This document shows positions 49,314-62,212 of a DNA stretch of 64,000 nucleotides, piece by piece (position 1 is the first letter of the stretch; each line of letters starts with the position of its first letter). The notes beneath the pieces are model-generated. The model made no database searches, was not told the origin of the DNA, and saw only the letters and a list, made by a program, of their open reading frames with translations. This DNA comes from Mobula hypostoma. Taxonomy: Eukaryota. The position numbers and the translations under genes are program-made. The stretch lies in the NCBI RefSeq assembly GCF_963921235.1, contig NC_086118.1, forward strand, positions 24,738,001 to 24,802,000, given 5' to 3'.

Positions 49314-51141
49314 TCAGTAAATCAACTTTAGGTTCTCACAATACAGTCGCACAACAAGTGGACGCAAAAAGGCTGGGCAAAGATCTACATTCGAGGGAGA
49401 GTCATACACGGTGGAAAGAGAAATAAAGACGGGAAGAAATGGTGTGTAAGTACTTTAGGGCTTGGTAATTCTAATTGTACTGTAATTAAATTTAGGGATG
49501 AGCTGAAATTGAGAGTGAAGACCTGTTGGAATATGTGACTGTAAATGACTGCAGGCATAGGGAAGGGAGAGGCCAGGAAAGATTTAAAATTGAATAACAA
49601 TCATAAAATCAATGTATAGCTTATCTAGGGGTGACTGTAGATCAGAAGGCTGACGGACAAAAGGGATTTCATGAGAGTTGCGGAAAAGACACCAAAGCAC
49701 TGGAAGAGAGAACTTTACTAACTAGGCACTAACTAGGAATGTTTTTGATTGGTAAAGCTGGTGATCGATAAGAGTTTTAGCATCACGTGAGTTGAAGCAA
49801 GATCGGAGTCAGTGAATACTATGTCGGCATTTTTAGAGGTGCTACATACGGTCAGTTATGATGGACATTGCAAACAGTCTAATTCCATTCATACAATTGT
49901 CAGGGAGTGCAGTGAAATCCATACTTAGGGAATGGAGCTTGGGAAAGGGTCAAAATGTTATAGACACAGAATACAATAGAAGCGATTAAAACCTGTAATT
50001 AACTGATTGAGATAAACAAAATTAAAATCAAATCAAGTATAAATGTGTAAGATTTTATTGTTTCTCCCAAGGTCATCTGTGCCAGGCCAAAGGTCCATTA
50101 ATCACTAGAGCAAAAATCTGAAGGTGCTGGAAATTAAAAATGAAAACTAGGAATGCAGTAGGCACTCAACTGAATGAGAAAAATTACTGGGAGGAGAAAC
50201 AGAACAGATATTTTACTGGAATTATCTAAAATAAATCAAATAAATATAAATATGCTATTGTTTCCACTAATTCCACAGGTATTTCCACCAGAAGATACAT
50301 CTTTCCCAGCCTTTTCCTATCAGCATCTGCCCCCTTTTACTTCATCTCTTCCCACCATCCAGGAACACAAACAAGTGAAGCAATTGAACTTTTTCCAATT
50401 TACTGTGCTGCATTCAGTGTTCGAAATGCAGTCTCCTCTACATAGGAAAAACCAAGCAGATTCGGTGACTGCTTTGCAGAACACCTCCAGTTGCCTGTCA
50501 GTTTACTTCGCTGTCCCACTCAGACCTCTGTGTCTTCTCTCTCCTCTATTGCTCCAACAATGCCCAATGGAAGCTTGAAAAAGAGCCCTCATCTTCTGCA
50601 GTGCTATCCAGTGTAGGCTTGAGGAACAGCACTTCACCTTCTGACAAGGCACATTTACAACCCCGAGTCTTAATATGCTTAATCATTTCAAGTAAACTTT
50701 TTTCAACAAACCTGGCCACTTCTTCCTACATTAATTTGTTATGTTCAAAACTGATACTGTATCATGTTGTTCCAACTACTGGTTTGTAGAGCAAATGTTA
50801 CCATGACAACTTTAACTTTCAAGTTTATTCAACCAATCCTCCTAAAGAATTTAACTTAATTTCCCAGACCTCTCACAGAACTAGTTCTACCTGAACCCTC
50901 CAATTAAACTCTTAAAAGAGCTGAACTTTTTCCCCTTACTGCAGTTAAAACGTTACCCACTCTTCAGTCCACAAAACCAACCCCACTTCACCCCCATAGA
51001 GCTAAAGAAATCCCTTCCCCTCTCCTTCATTCAAGGTCCCCCTCCAACTCCGACCCTAAGGTAATCCCTACCCCTCCTATAATAAACCTGACACCTCACA
51101 CTGCGAATCTGACCTCCGACCCCCCACCCTCTCCACATTAC

Positions 51142-51224
51142 CGGATCTTCTTTTTCTTCGGCGTTCGTCGCCCCTCATCTTCAGCATCAAACAGCGACAC
51201 GTCTTCCGCATCATCGCTAGACTC
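51142..51224 (-). CDS. TVP23B: TVP23B exon 2
   Basis: AG/GT flanked, 83 nt, ESSDDAEDVSLFDAEDEGRRTPKKKKIR. Confidence 0.93.
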
Positions 51225-51580
51225 CTGCAAGCAGAGAGGCAGAGACGGGGTGAGCAACAGACGGGTGCGGTGCGGGACGGGACTGGACTGCGCCCGGGGT
51301 CGGTCCTCTCACCTGCCGCATCATCACGGCGCTCCGCCATTGACAGCACTTCCTTACCACGTGCCGCTTGTTTACCGCTCAGGACCCGCGGCACGTCCGG
51401 CTCCTGCCGGAGACGGCGGCCAGCTCACGCGGGCTTCCGGACGTCACGTCAGGTCACGTCACGTCTCCCCTTGGAACGCGGCGCTCCCGCGGACGTTCCG
51501 AAAATCGCAACAGTCGGTGATGGCCGGGGGGGGGGGGGGGAAATACCAGGCACTTCCGCATTAGGTCGCGTTCTTCCCTC
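51150..51580 (-). promoter_or_regulatory. CpG island promoter of TVP23B
   Basis: Only strongly CpG-rich non-repeat segment in the window; ETS-like CCGGAAG 51434-51440 and two TGACGTGA motifs on - (51444-51451, 51454-51461). Confidence 0.8.
51313..51324 (-). CDS. TVP23B: TVP23B exon 1 coding part (MMRQ)
   Basis: ATGATGCGGCAG then donor GTGAGA; in frame with exon 2; mirrors the 4-codon start MLQQ of human TVP23B. Confidence 0.88.
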
Positions 51581-53699
51581 AAATCGTATCACATTTTCGC
51601 CTTTAAATAAGAACTTCGCCACTCAGGGTGTAAATATTGTTTTGATCCTCGGTTTTTGTAGGGCTGGATTAAAAAGGCGAAAACGGCGGCCGCATTGCAG
51701 ACAGCAAGGACCAGTAATGGTTGATTGCGTACTGTGTTTTGGCAATGTTGGAATTTAGGGGAACGTTACTGCCTGCCGACCGACCTACCAACTTATTTTG
51801 TCTTATTATGTACCTTTAACGTGGATCAACTGCCACCTGCTTGGGTTGATTACAAAATCCTGAGCGTGAAGATGGTGATGGGCAGCTGAATGCATCACAC
51901 TTCCAGGAATGGCAGGTGTGCAATAGTCCTATCCCCCCCCCCCCATCCATATATTATTAATTTTGGACTGCACTCCTGAGGTTTTAGAGTTTATTTTATG
52001 TATATATTCTTTGTCGTGCTGCAAAACGTTGAGCTGCTAAACTGTGTCTCATTGCTCCACAACAATGACAATAAAGATAATCTTAATGTGTGTGAGATAA
52101 AATGGGCCACGGGAATAAGATTGTTCTGGGAACTAGTAGGACCTTGAAGGACTGAATAGTCTAGTGTACGAAAACTTTAAAAAAAACTATTGAGTTTTTC
52201 CCCATAAGATGCTATTTGGTGAAATACCGCCAGAGCTGTTGAACAAGTGTCACGATATAATATTGACATTTATTTGGGGATGCAGCGCGGAATAGGCCTT
52301 ATGACCTTCCGAGCCCATACTAGATATAAGCGATTCGATCAGCGGTTTTCATCAGATGTTTTGAGTTCCTGCCGCATTTCAAAGTCGTGCATGTTGCTGA
52401 ATTAATCGGTCATTGAGCTGTAGAATATGAAGAGTTGAAGGAAGTATGCAAAAAAAAGTTACAGAAAAGTTAATAGGGGGATGGGACTGCTTTATATTGT
52501 AAGACTCAATGGGCTGAAATAACCCCCTGGGTAATTCGGAACTGTAGAAATACTTTAGTGATACATGTTTAAATTTGGATGAAAATGTTAAAATACATTT
52601 AAAGCTCAGGTTTTCTATCTCATAAAAGATCTCCAAATTACAAACTATTTCAAAAAAAACAAAGTATTTCCAAAACTTGGGTACAATTCCTATAAGCAAA
52701 AAACATACCAACGAGATGCAAATGAACCGCAGAAATCGAAGGCAGAGGAAAGGATTCTAGTCACCCTATTTTTCTGTCATTCTTAGCATTCCTTGACCCT
52801 TCCTAACAAGTCCGACTGCAATCCTACTTCTATACTTTTTTCCACTTGGGTGACTTTGCACACAGGATATTTGTTCAGGTATCTTTTCACACAATGTCTA
52901 AGCGACAGAGATCCCAAAGACCTTTAATTAATGTTGTGAATGCTGATCTTTTGAGTACGCAAATCTTCCAACTATTGATAGATCAGCTATTTTGTGTGTT
53001 TAACCAATTTCCCCCGGGGTCAATAAAGTATGACTATGACTGTGACTAGGTGATAGCATCGATCTGGTCTGCAAGCTTCCTTGAACTAAATACAGTAACT
53101 TAACCAGTATTTGTCTGGTTTGACACAAGCCAGTTAATATAACCCCATTGTGTTGCAGTACATCTCTTGAGCAGCCAACACCATGCTGTGGGTCAGGAGA
53201 CTCTGCTCTATACACAGTGTGGTTTCACTGCAAAGCTGTTCTTTTAACTTCAGACTAATTACTGCTTGCAATTTGCAGTAAGAACTGAAGAGTGGCTCCT
53301 GTTTACTACAAGAAGCTGAATAAAGAATATTGGTGGGAAGTTTAACTTAATTCAAAAACAACTCTTTGATCTCTAGAAGTGTTGGCTGTTGTGTTAGAAA
53401 GCTGAGCTTGGCAAAACACTCCCACAGCCTTGGACAATGCATGTCCATCTCACAGTGTTTTAAGTTTGTGTCATCATTCTTAATGGTACATTAATTTGCT
53501 TTATGGAATGGAATTAGTTTTCCTTGCCTAGCCTAGTCTTGATGGCACATATAGTCATGAGGTTGAGTCAAAACTACCCCAGCTAGTCCCTCAGTTCAAT
53601 GGCCAGTTAGTAAAGGGTGATAAATGTTGACCTCACCTCTGATTATCATATTCTGCAAATGCATTAAAAAACTACCTTCACGGTCTTTGGGGCCATAGG

Positions 53700-54445
53700 G
53701 GCCCATTAGGTACCTCCTTGCCCAATAAAGTGGTACTGAGTGTACGTTTGTGGTCCTCTGCTTCTGTAGCCTATCCACTTCAAGGTCTGGTGTGTGTGCA
53801 GAGACACTCTTCTGCATGGTTATTTGAGTTACTGTCAGCTTGTTACGTGGCCAAGTGGTTAAAGCGTTCATCTAGTGATCTGAAAGTCGCTAGTTTGAGC
53901 CTCAGCTGTGGCAGCGTGTTTGTGTCCTTGAGCAAGGCACTTAACCACACATTGCTCTGGTGTCTGTGCGAGGAGTGGCGCCCCACACAGACTTCCAATC
54001 TGCACCTGGTAAGGCATGAAAATGCCCAATGCAGGCCTCTTATGGTCTGAGTGGACATTCCCTCCCTCCCCTCCCAGCTTGAACTAGTCTGACTATTCTC
54101 CTCTGATCTCTCTCATTAACAAGGTGTTTTCACCCACAGAACTGCCCCCTCTGGATTTTTTTTGTTTCTTGCACCATTCTCTGTAAACTCTAAAGACTGC
54201 TGTGCGTGAAAATCCCAGGAGATCAGCAGTTTGTGAGATACTGAAACCACCCCATATGCCACCAATAATCATTCTACAATCAAAAACCCTGAAATCACAT
54301 TTCTCCCCCATTCTGAACTTCAGTTAGTAACAACAACAAACATACCTTTTGACAAACGTCTGCATGCTTTTATGTATTGAGTTGTTGCCACATGGCTGGC
54401 TGATTAGATATTTGAAATAACAAGCAGTTGTACTAATAAAGTGCA
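53700..54445 (-). mobile_element. Non-autonomous Tc1-like remnant carrying a SINE
   Basis: ORF 54093-54311 'GGFSISQTADLLGFSRTAVFRVYREWC' resembles a Tc1 transposase N-terminal HTH; repeated end motif AATAAAGTG. Confidence 0.65.
53843..54074 (+). mobile_element. tRNA-derived SINE
   Basis: TGGCCAAGTGG head, (CCCTC)n tail, TSD CAGCTTG 53836-53842 and 54075-54081. Confidence 0.8.
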
Positions 54446-54619
54446 AATATCACTGCATGTATATTCCATACTGGTCATTGGACAAACACTTGGTAGTGGT
54501 TGGAAATGCAAGGGTGGTTGATCACAGAGATTTACTTTAACCGTATAAGACTGGTTTTTAAATGCCAACAAAGAGACAAAGATGGGTGGAGAGGGGGCTT
54601 AGAGGGTGTGTGAAGAAGA

Positions 54620-55390
54620 TGCAGGACCCGAGGATCAGAGGTAGGGTGGGGGGGGGGAAGAGGGGAAAAAAAGAAAAGAGGGTGTTAGCTAAAATTGGAA
54701 AGATCAATATTCTTGCCATTGAGTTGTGCCCAGGCAGAATTTAATGTGTTGCTCCTCTAGCTTCCTTTAGACTTCATCCTGACAGTAGGAAAGGCCAAAA
54801 ATGGATGGATCAAGGTTGAAATGGGGTGGGAGGGGTGGAGTTGATGTGCTCTTCAACAAGGAACTCGGGATGGCCATTGCAAATATAATTGCCAAGTCTA
54901 CTCTTGGTCACGCCGATTTAGAGGAAGCCACATCAGGAACACCGAATGCAGTAGACAAGGTTGGGGGAGATACATGTGAACCTCTGCCTCACCTGAAAGG
55001 GCTATTTACATCCCCGGGTGGTGGTGAGGGAGGAGGTGCATGGGCAAGTGTTGCATCCACTGTGAGGGCAGGGGAAAAAGAGAGTTGGTTGTAGCGGGAT
55101 GAACGGAATAAGGAGTCATGAAGGCAGTGGTCCTTGTGGAACATGGAAAGGGGTGAGGAGGAGATGATTAGCTGCTGGCAGAAGTGACAAAGGATGCTCT
55201 GCCAAATATGGAGGCCCATATGGGGAAAGGTACAGACTAGGGAACTCTGCCTGGGGTGAGAAGTTGGGAAGATGCAAGATCTGGCACCAACAACTACTGA
55301 CACAAAAGTCAGAGTGGGAATGGTTTAGGAAGAGAAGAGGTGAAGGGACAGTTGTTACGGTTCTAGCTGTAGAGTGGGAAAGTGCCATGA
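54620..55390 (-). mobile_element. Old PLE fragment (GIY-YIG region)
   Basis: Degenerate homology to 7860-8450; similar fragment on + at ~50280-50680. Confidence 0.65.
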
Positions 55391-56858
55391 AGAGTGGGAG
55401 AGAACAGGGAGAATCAGAGCTAGTTGGTGGAATCTTGTTGGTACTGGCAGAAACTGTAAAGACTTGTCTATTGAATGTGATATGGAAGGGGAATTCTGTA
55501 CTTGCTCTTTCCAGCAGTGGGTGGGATTATCAGCATGTTTTTTTTTCATGTTGGTCTAAGGAACGACATACTGTTTATATTATTTAGAAATATGTTGTTG
55601 ACGGTTCATTGGAAAATACTGTACACAAATATAATAAATGGCAATAAATTTCATACGAACCTGCTCTGCTTTCAATAGCATCATATGCTTCATTCAATGT
55701 AAACCTGTGGATGAATTGGGGAGCCACGCAATTTAAGTAGAACTATAATTGAGAGAGAATATTATTTTTTAATGGATTAAGGGAAATGGTCTGGTTAAAA
55801 AGGATGAGAAGGTTTTCTCGGTATTTAGTTTCTCCAATATGAAAGGAAGAAAGTGCTGCTTATTCTTGTTCTAGTTTATGTCAAAATAGTGGAATATTTG
55901 GAGACAGGACAATCACAATGCGGCTTATTTCATTATGATGGCAATTCTGGGCACCACACTATGGGGCTTGGAAGGAGTGTTATGTTGATTTACCAAGCTG
56001 TATTAATAATTAAGATTTAAGCAACAATATGCCGAAGGGACTCTGGGATATGCAACATTTGTGGGAGGAAAGGAATTGTTGATGTTTTACGTCAAAACTC
56101 TGCATCAGGACCTATTTAAGATTGTGCAAATCACGTTGTATCCTTTGAAATAAAAATGATTAAAAGGTGGGTTGATTCAAGCTTTCAAAATGTTAGGATG
56201 AATGTGCAGGTGGGGTACATGAGTGGGGGGGGCGGGTGGTTGCAATAAAGATAATCCCACTGGTTGGGAGTGGGGGACATTTTAAAAATTTGAGCCTGGC
56301 TTTCCAAGGGTGAAGATAGGAAATACTTCTACAAGCAAAGGCTAAAAGAAGCTTGAAATCCTTCTGCAAACAACAATTTATGCTAAATCAATAACATCTT
56401 AAAATGTAAGAGCTATGAACTTTTGTTATGCCAAAGTATTAAGGAAGTTGTGTCAAAAGCAGGGATATGTATTTTGGGGAGAGATCAACTATGACTGAAG
56501 AGGTGTGAGGTGCTAAATGATAAGCTCCAGTTTTTTTTCAACTTGAGCCCACAAAACCTTTGGGAATTGGTAATGCAATATATTTACTTGTCTTCAGTGA
56601 CAGGCAAGAGAACCTTGTTTGATTTTTGTTCCTGAATTTGTCTTTTGCATTATCACTTCATTCCAATTTTAAAGGCTTTACTGGGTGTACCATAAGTTGT
56701 ATCTGGGCTCTCACATATAGGTTCTGGATTTGTCCTCTTGTCTCTGGCAAAAACAAGGAGTAGGAGAAGTTTGTTTCTGGGCATGTGCTCAATTGGTTTT
56801 CCTGAACTAGGCTCCCTCATTGCCAGCAATTCCTAAAATCTTTCTGCAAGGTCTAGTA

Positions 56859-57315
56859 CCTAAAATTGGGAAACTCAACATTCTTGCCATTAAGTTGTGT
56901 CCCAGCAGAACTTGTGTTGGTCCTCTAGTTTCCTATAGACTTCATCCTGACAGAAGGAAAGACCAAAAATGTCCAAATCAGGGTGGGAATGGGGATACGA
57001 GTTGACATGGTCTAAAACTAGGACCTCGGGATGGATATTGCAGATATGGTTGCTAAGTCAACTCTTGGTCACGCCAACATAGAGGAAGCCACATCAGGAA
57101 CACCAAATGCAGTAGTTAAGGTTGGAGGAGATACATGTGACCGTTTGCCTCACTTGAAGTGACTGTTTCCATCCTTGAATGGTGTTGAAGGAGGAAGTGC
57201 AGGGACAAATGTTGCATCCATTGTGAAGGCAGGGGAAAGGTCCAGGGATAAGAGAGAGTTGGTTGTAGAAGGATGAGTGGACCAAGGAGTCAAGAAGGCA
57301 GTAGTCCCCAAAAAT
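56859..57315 (-). mobile_element. Old PLE fragment between ~125-bp direct repeats
   Basis: Translation 'GCNICPCTSSFNTIQGWKQSLQVRQTVTCISSNLNYCIWCS' matches the PLE ORF; similar to 54688-55135. Confidence 0.7.
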
Positions 57316-57989
57316 ATAGATGCATAGAGCTAGATTTGTCCTCTTGTCTCTGGCAAAAACAGGAACAGAAGTTTGTTTCCAAGAATGCACTCAATTGTTT
57401 TTTTTCCAAATCCAAGCTCCCTCATTGTTGGCAATTCATAAATCTTTCTGCAAAGTCTCGTAACAAAGATAACTGGGTTTAAGTCCTTAACAATTTTAAT
57501 TCTACTTAGGAATATATCTTGGTTGACCTTTTATAAACTGCATGTATTTATAAGCAATATCAAATCATTGTCGTTATCATCCATCTTAGCATTACAGTGC
57601 CAATTGAAACAGTAGGAACTAATCATTACTTGCTGACTATTCAGAATACGAATTTTGAGATGATCCCACATTACTGTATCCATGCACGTTAGCTGGTTTC
57701 CATGAAGTAAGAAACAACATACAAGCAGAAGCATTTAAACTTCCCATTCATTACTGGTGAACCCTGTTTTTTAAGCTATTTCTTCATAATACAGACTGGC
57801 ACATTCTTTATCACAACAAATTATTCTGCCTTCATTTTTTTTCAAATCTTTACAGATGTATTTATTTTGTCAACTTTTAACATAACCTATATGAAAGGGG
57901 ACAGACAAAGTGACATTTATAATGTTACCCTTGCATCTTGCAAAAGGTTTCTTCTCAATTACTGTATTACTTTATCAACTGTATTCTGT

Positions 57990-58810
57990 CTATGGTCTGT
58001 TTGGCAAATTTCTGTCCAATTTCAAGAACTTTATTGCCTTCAGATTAGCTATTCCCTTTTCCTGTTTTAGTTTTTGTCGGTTCATATTTTGTTCTGTAAT
58101 TATTTCTTCCTCGTATTCTTTTCGTTGTTTTGGTGTCCGAAGTTTGAAGCCACTCCTATTTCGAAATGGGTTAATGTTTACACTCTGTTCAGATTTTGGT
58201 TCTGCAGCTACTGGGGATATCGTAGAAATTGGAACCAAGAAGCCGTTGAGTTGATTTCTTTCTTTTGAATCATTTGATACTTTGTTTTTCTTGATTATGT
58301 CTTCAAATGCAGTTTGTGGCCTATTCTTCTGACTGAAAAATTGGACAGGCTCTACAAACCCTAGAGTTGATTTTGATCGTTTAATCATTGGCTTTATCGC
58401 AAAACACTTTGTGTTGGGGGATTGAAGTGCAAAGTTCTGCATATGTTTTTGCTTTTTAAAATCGAAACTGTGAAGAATGGGTTGGATAGCAACATACTCT
58501 TCAGTTGATTCAGTGTCATTCCCAATAATTTTACCGCTTGTAACTGCGTGCTTTTTTGCAATAAATCTTCTCTCCATATCTTTCAAAGGATTTTGGTGCT
58601 GACCCCAATCAACAGAGAGTGAAATATTATTGAGAGTGTTTATTTCTGTTTCACTAAATCCAAAGCTGTTCTTAATAGCACTGACAGTCAAGTAGATGTT
58701 GTCTGAAGTTCTTGGCCTAGACAGCCTGTTTTTTTTAATCTGCTTTAAAGTATCTTGCTCACTTGCTGATAGAAACCTTGAAACACTTGACAATGAATCA
58801 GTCCTTTTAT
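57990..58810 (-). CDS. FBXW10: FBXW10 terminal coding exon
   Basis: Acceptor CTTTGTATAG, phase 1 compatible with the previous exon, 821 nt open to TAG; AATAAA on - at 57861-57866. Divergent sequence, assigned mainly by splicing and position. Confidence 0.75.
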
Positions 58811-59654
58811 CTATACAAAGATGAAAAAACAGTAAATTTAAACCTGTTATGTCATAGTGGCTTTCATAATAAGTTGCAATAGGAATCATGCAAAACATCT
58901 TTTTAAAATAACCCTCTACATTCTCACTTTGTCCTTGCATTCTTTTGCATGCATTTCACTCTTTTGAAGTATTGTGGAAAGCAAAGAAGCCACTTCACCC
59001 TATATCCCTCAAAAAACAACGATAATCCTTTAAAGTGACAGTTGAGAGATAATAAGTTACTATGATATACTACACTTGCTCTTCAAAATGCTGTCCCCAG
59101 GTATTTTGTGTTTATACCAAATGCATTTACATGAGTCCAATGGTGTCGATGTGGGGTTGGGGACAGGAACTTTAGTGCCTCATAATCTATTAAGCAGCAT
59201 AAGGAATGTATGGATGCATCTGTTTAAAGGACTTAAAAGGCTGTCGTATTTCTATACATATCCTTGTGGGGGTATAGCTCATCCAGAATGTTGCCTCTCA
59301 TACAATGCCCTCACTACTGCCCTGGTGTGGCAACTTAGACTTCGTGCTGAAGGAACAGGATTTGGATTTGAACAACAAACTTCTGACACAAAGGCAAGAT
59401 TGCTGGCACTGAGCTATGATTGGTAACTTATACAGACGTCGAATAACTGACATTCAGAATTTATAATTAAAATACTAACAGCAAATGCACATAAATGTTT
59501 TTTTTTTGAAATAACACTTTAGTGATGATGAGCCTGAGCATCCTTGTTGCAGCTGAAATAATCCTGTGGACTATTTTGTTTATGCTACAAATATTGATCT
59601 AGTTCTATTGCTGTAAAATTCTCTTAAGGACATGAGAAAATGCAAACCGCAGAT

Positions 59655-60450
59655 GATGATAACAATAACTTTATTTATAGAGCACTTTTCATACAGTTGA
59701 TGTAGTTCAAAGTGCTTTGCAGTGGGATAAAAGTACAAATGTATGGGAAAAAAAATAAAAGACAACAAGATGTTAGTTAAAAGGTTAAATAAATGGGTTT
59801 TGAGCCAACATTTAAAAGTGTCAACTGGGTCTGCAAGCACTTCTAGTTTTAGGTATTGAATGCCACAGTTTGGGAGTGTAATTAAAAAAAGTTGACTTGC
59901 CAATTATCTTTTGAGGGAGATTGTTTAAGAGACCGGCGGAAGAAGGCAACTGGATTATATAACAAAAACAATTTTATAATGTACTCTCGTCCCAGACCAT
60001 TAAGAACTTTAAAAATAAGTAAGAGAACTTTAAACAATTCCAAAAGATACAGGAAGCCATTGCAGAGTAGATAGAATGGGATTGAAATGTTCCCTTATTC
60101 TAGTTGTGGTTAAAGTCTAGCAGCGGCGTTCTGAATGAGTCGGACTTTGTCAATAGCTTGCTTTGGAAGGTCAGTAACAAGTGTACAGTATTGCAGTAAT
60201 CTAGTCTATTCAATATATAGGTGTAAATTAATTATTCAGCATCATTACATGACAGAAACGGATGTACCTTTGCAATATTCCTTTAGCGTAGAAATGCTGC
60301 TCTGGTCTCATTTCCTTATGTGGGATTTAAAATTAAAACTTGAATCAAGGATAACATTCATGCTTAACTTCTTATTTTACAAGGGGAGCCAAGTTCCCAA
60401 GTTTATCTCTTTTGGCTTTGGGGCCAACAAAGGTATTTCAGAAATTATTG
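59655..60450 (-). mobile_element. L2-like LINE 3' fragment
   Basis: Minus strand encodes 'RLDYCNT..IQNAAARL..LQWLPV'; AATAAA plus short simple-repeat tail near 59655-59675. Confidence 0.7.
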
Positions 60451-61552
60451 TTCATCAATTTGTTTATTACAGCCATACCAAAAATCAGAGAAGAAAGGGT
60501 GTTATCATCATGAGGCTAAACCCAGATATACAGTTGTTGCCTTTTGGTTGTGGATTGAGAGAATTTGATAAACAAAATAGATCATATTTATACAATTTTA
60601 TACACTATGAATAGAGTAATATTAACTGCATTTTCCTGGTATTTGCACCAGCTCAATTCTTTAAGGCGGGGAATGCAAAGTTCCATTCATGCTACAGAAA
60701 CAAGCTCAACTTGTTCCTAAGACCATGCTGAATTAGCAAATTGACTTAGAGAAGGAGAAAGTCAATAATAGCTTTTCCCTGATGACTACTGAATAATTCC
60801 CCACTTTTCTGCTATATCTCCAACTCTAGGGACTCGCAGCCCAGTGAAGAAGGTAACTTAATTGAACCATTTCAATTACTGTGATAGTGATGAAATAGCA
60901 GGTTGCAAATTGCCATAATAATATTACTGGGAGCTTGTAAGGAATAAAACTAATTTCTACTCAATATGTCACTCTGAAGAAATATAGAATCACCAGCAAC
61001 GAAGCAAAATATTGTAGGAGCTGATTGAACCTATCCAGCTTAAGCCCCACAAAATCAGGAGGCATTTCTATCTTGTTGATGAATGGCTGCCCTTCACACT
61101 CAAGATTCCCAAACATGGACAGGTGATCACTCCAACCTAATTAATGAGTAATTAATCATTGCTTTAAATAAAACATTGAATGTTTCAAGCCACCAAACTA
61201 ACTGAAAGTTTCAAATTCCCCCACATTGTTTGCAACCTTTTGGGCAGCTGTTCAGGTATCAATGAGGAATTTGGTCTCTTTCTTTAATTTGAGTTTTACT
61301 CTAAAGAACTTAGAACTGGGAATCCTAATATGTTTTTCTAGGAGTATTGCGTTGATAATAAAACAACAATTTTGGATTGTTTTTTTAGTACTGAAAGTTC
61401 ATAAATGAGAAGCGTTTTATTGAGGGGAAACAATAAGCCACCAATCAAAGAAGCAAAAGGGAAGAATATCATCACAGTCTATTTATCTGACCTACTAAAA
61501 TTTATCTGGATATAAATCAAAGATAGGAATATATATTTTTTTAGTAACTCAC

Positions 61553-61738
61553 CATACCCACAGCTGGACAGTGTGTAATCACTTCTTCCTTGAGAGAACA
61601 CTTCTGGGGCGCTGGACACATAACCAGTTGGTGATTGTTTGGATAGAAATTCTGATTTCCGGTTAACAAGCATTGATTCTGGACCGTGATACTGAAATTC
61701 CCTCAAGTTTGGAATTTTCGTAGAACCTGACTGAATTC
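61553..61738 (-). CDS. FBXW10: FBXW10 internal exon
   Basis: AG/GTGAG flanked, 186 nt, phase 1/1, open (RIQSGSTKIPNL..SSCGY). Confidence 0.65.
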
Positions 61739-61931
61739 CTTCCAAAGAGTAACAAAGAGATAAATAATATCTTGACAGAAACCAACTGCAAAGTAATGTC
61801 AATCAACATCATGTTTATCTTTATTTAACTGTGTTAAATTTTCAATGTAATAAGATCCCACAATCACAATTGAGAATTTTTTTTAAAAAATATTTTAGAA
61901 ATAACTATCTGAGAACTTCTAAAAGACTTAC

Positions 61932-62212
61932 TTTGTGCCTCTTGCATACATCGGCTTGACATTAAGCGTGTATGATGGGACAGACCCTGTTGTGAGATCT
62001 CCTCCTGTCTATGATAGATCTTTTCGTTGGTTGAACCAATTCTTCTCATGCGCTGAGCACGAACATAACTGTGTGGCTGTTTCCTCAATGGTGCCATTTT
62101 AAATAGGTCTTCTTGTGCTGGACTTTCGATGATTGCAGATGGCACTGTATAGTCCCACGTGACATCCTCAAAGTGAAATGCGACCACAGTGGCAACAGTG
62201 TTTATTACAATG
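61932..62212 (-). CDS. FBXW10: FBXW10 internal exon
   Basis: AG/GTAAGT flanked, 281 nt, IVINTVATVVAFHFEDVTWDY.., like FBXW10 'MVVNTESNVLMFQFEHIKWQY'. Confidence 0.8.

Noticed and set aside
53843-53915. tRNA gene
   Set aside because: tRNA-like head continues into a SINE body with tail and TSD; second copy at 38485-38711.
58811-58940. N-terminal part of the 316-aa ORF as a standalone gene
   Set aside because: Intronic read-through upstream of the acceptor at 58811; the exon fits the FBXW10 splice phase.
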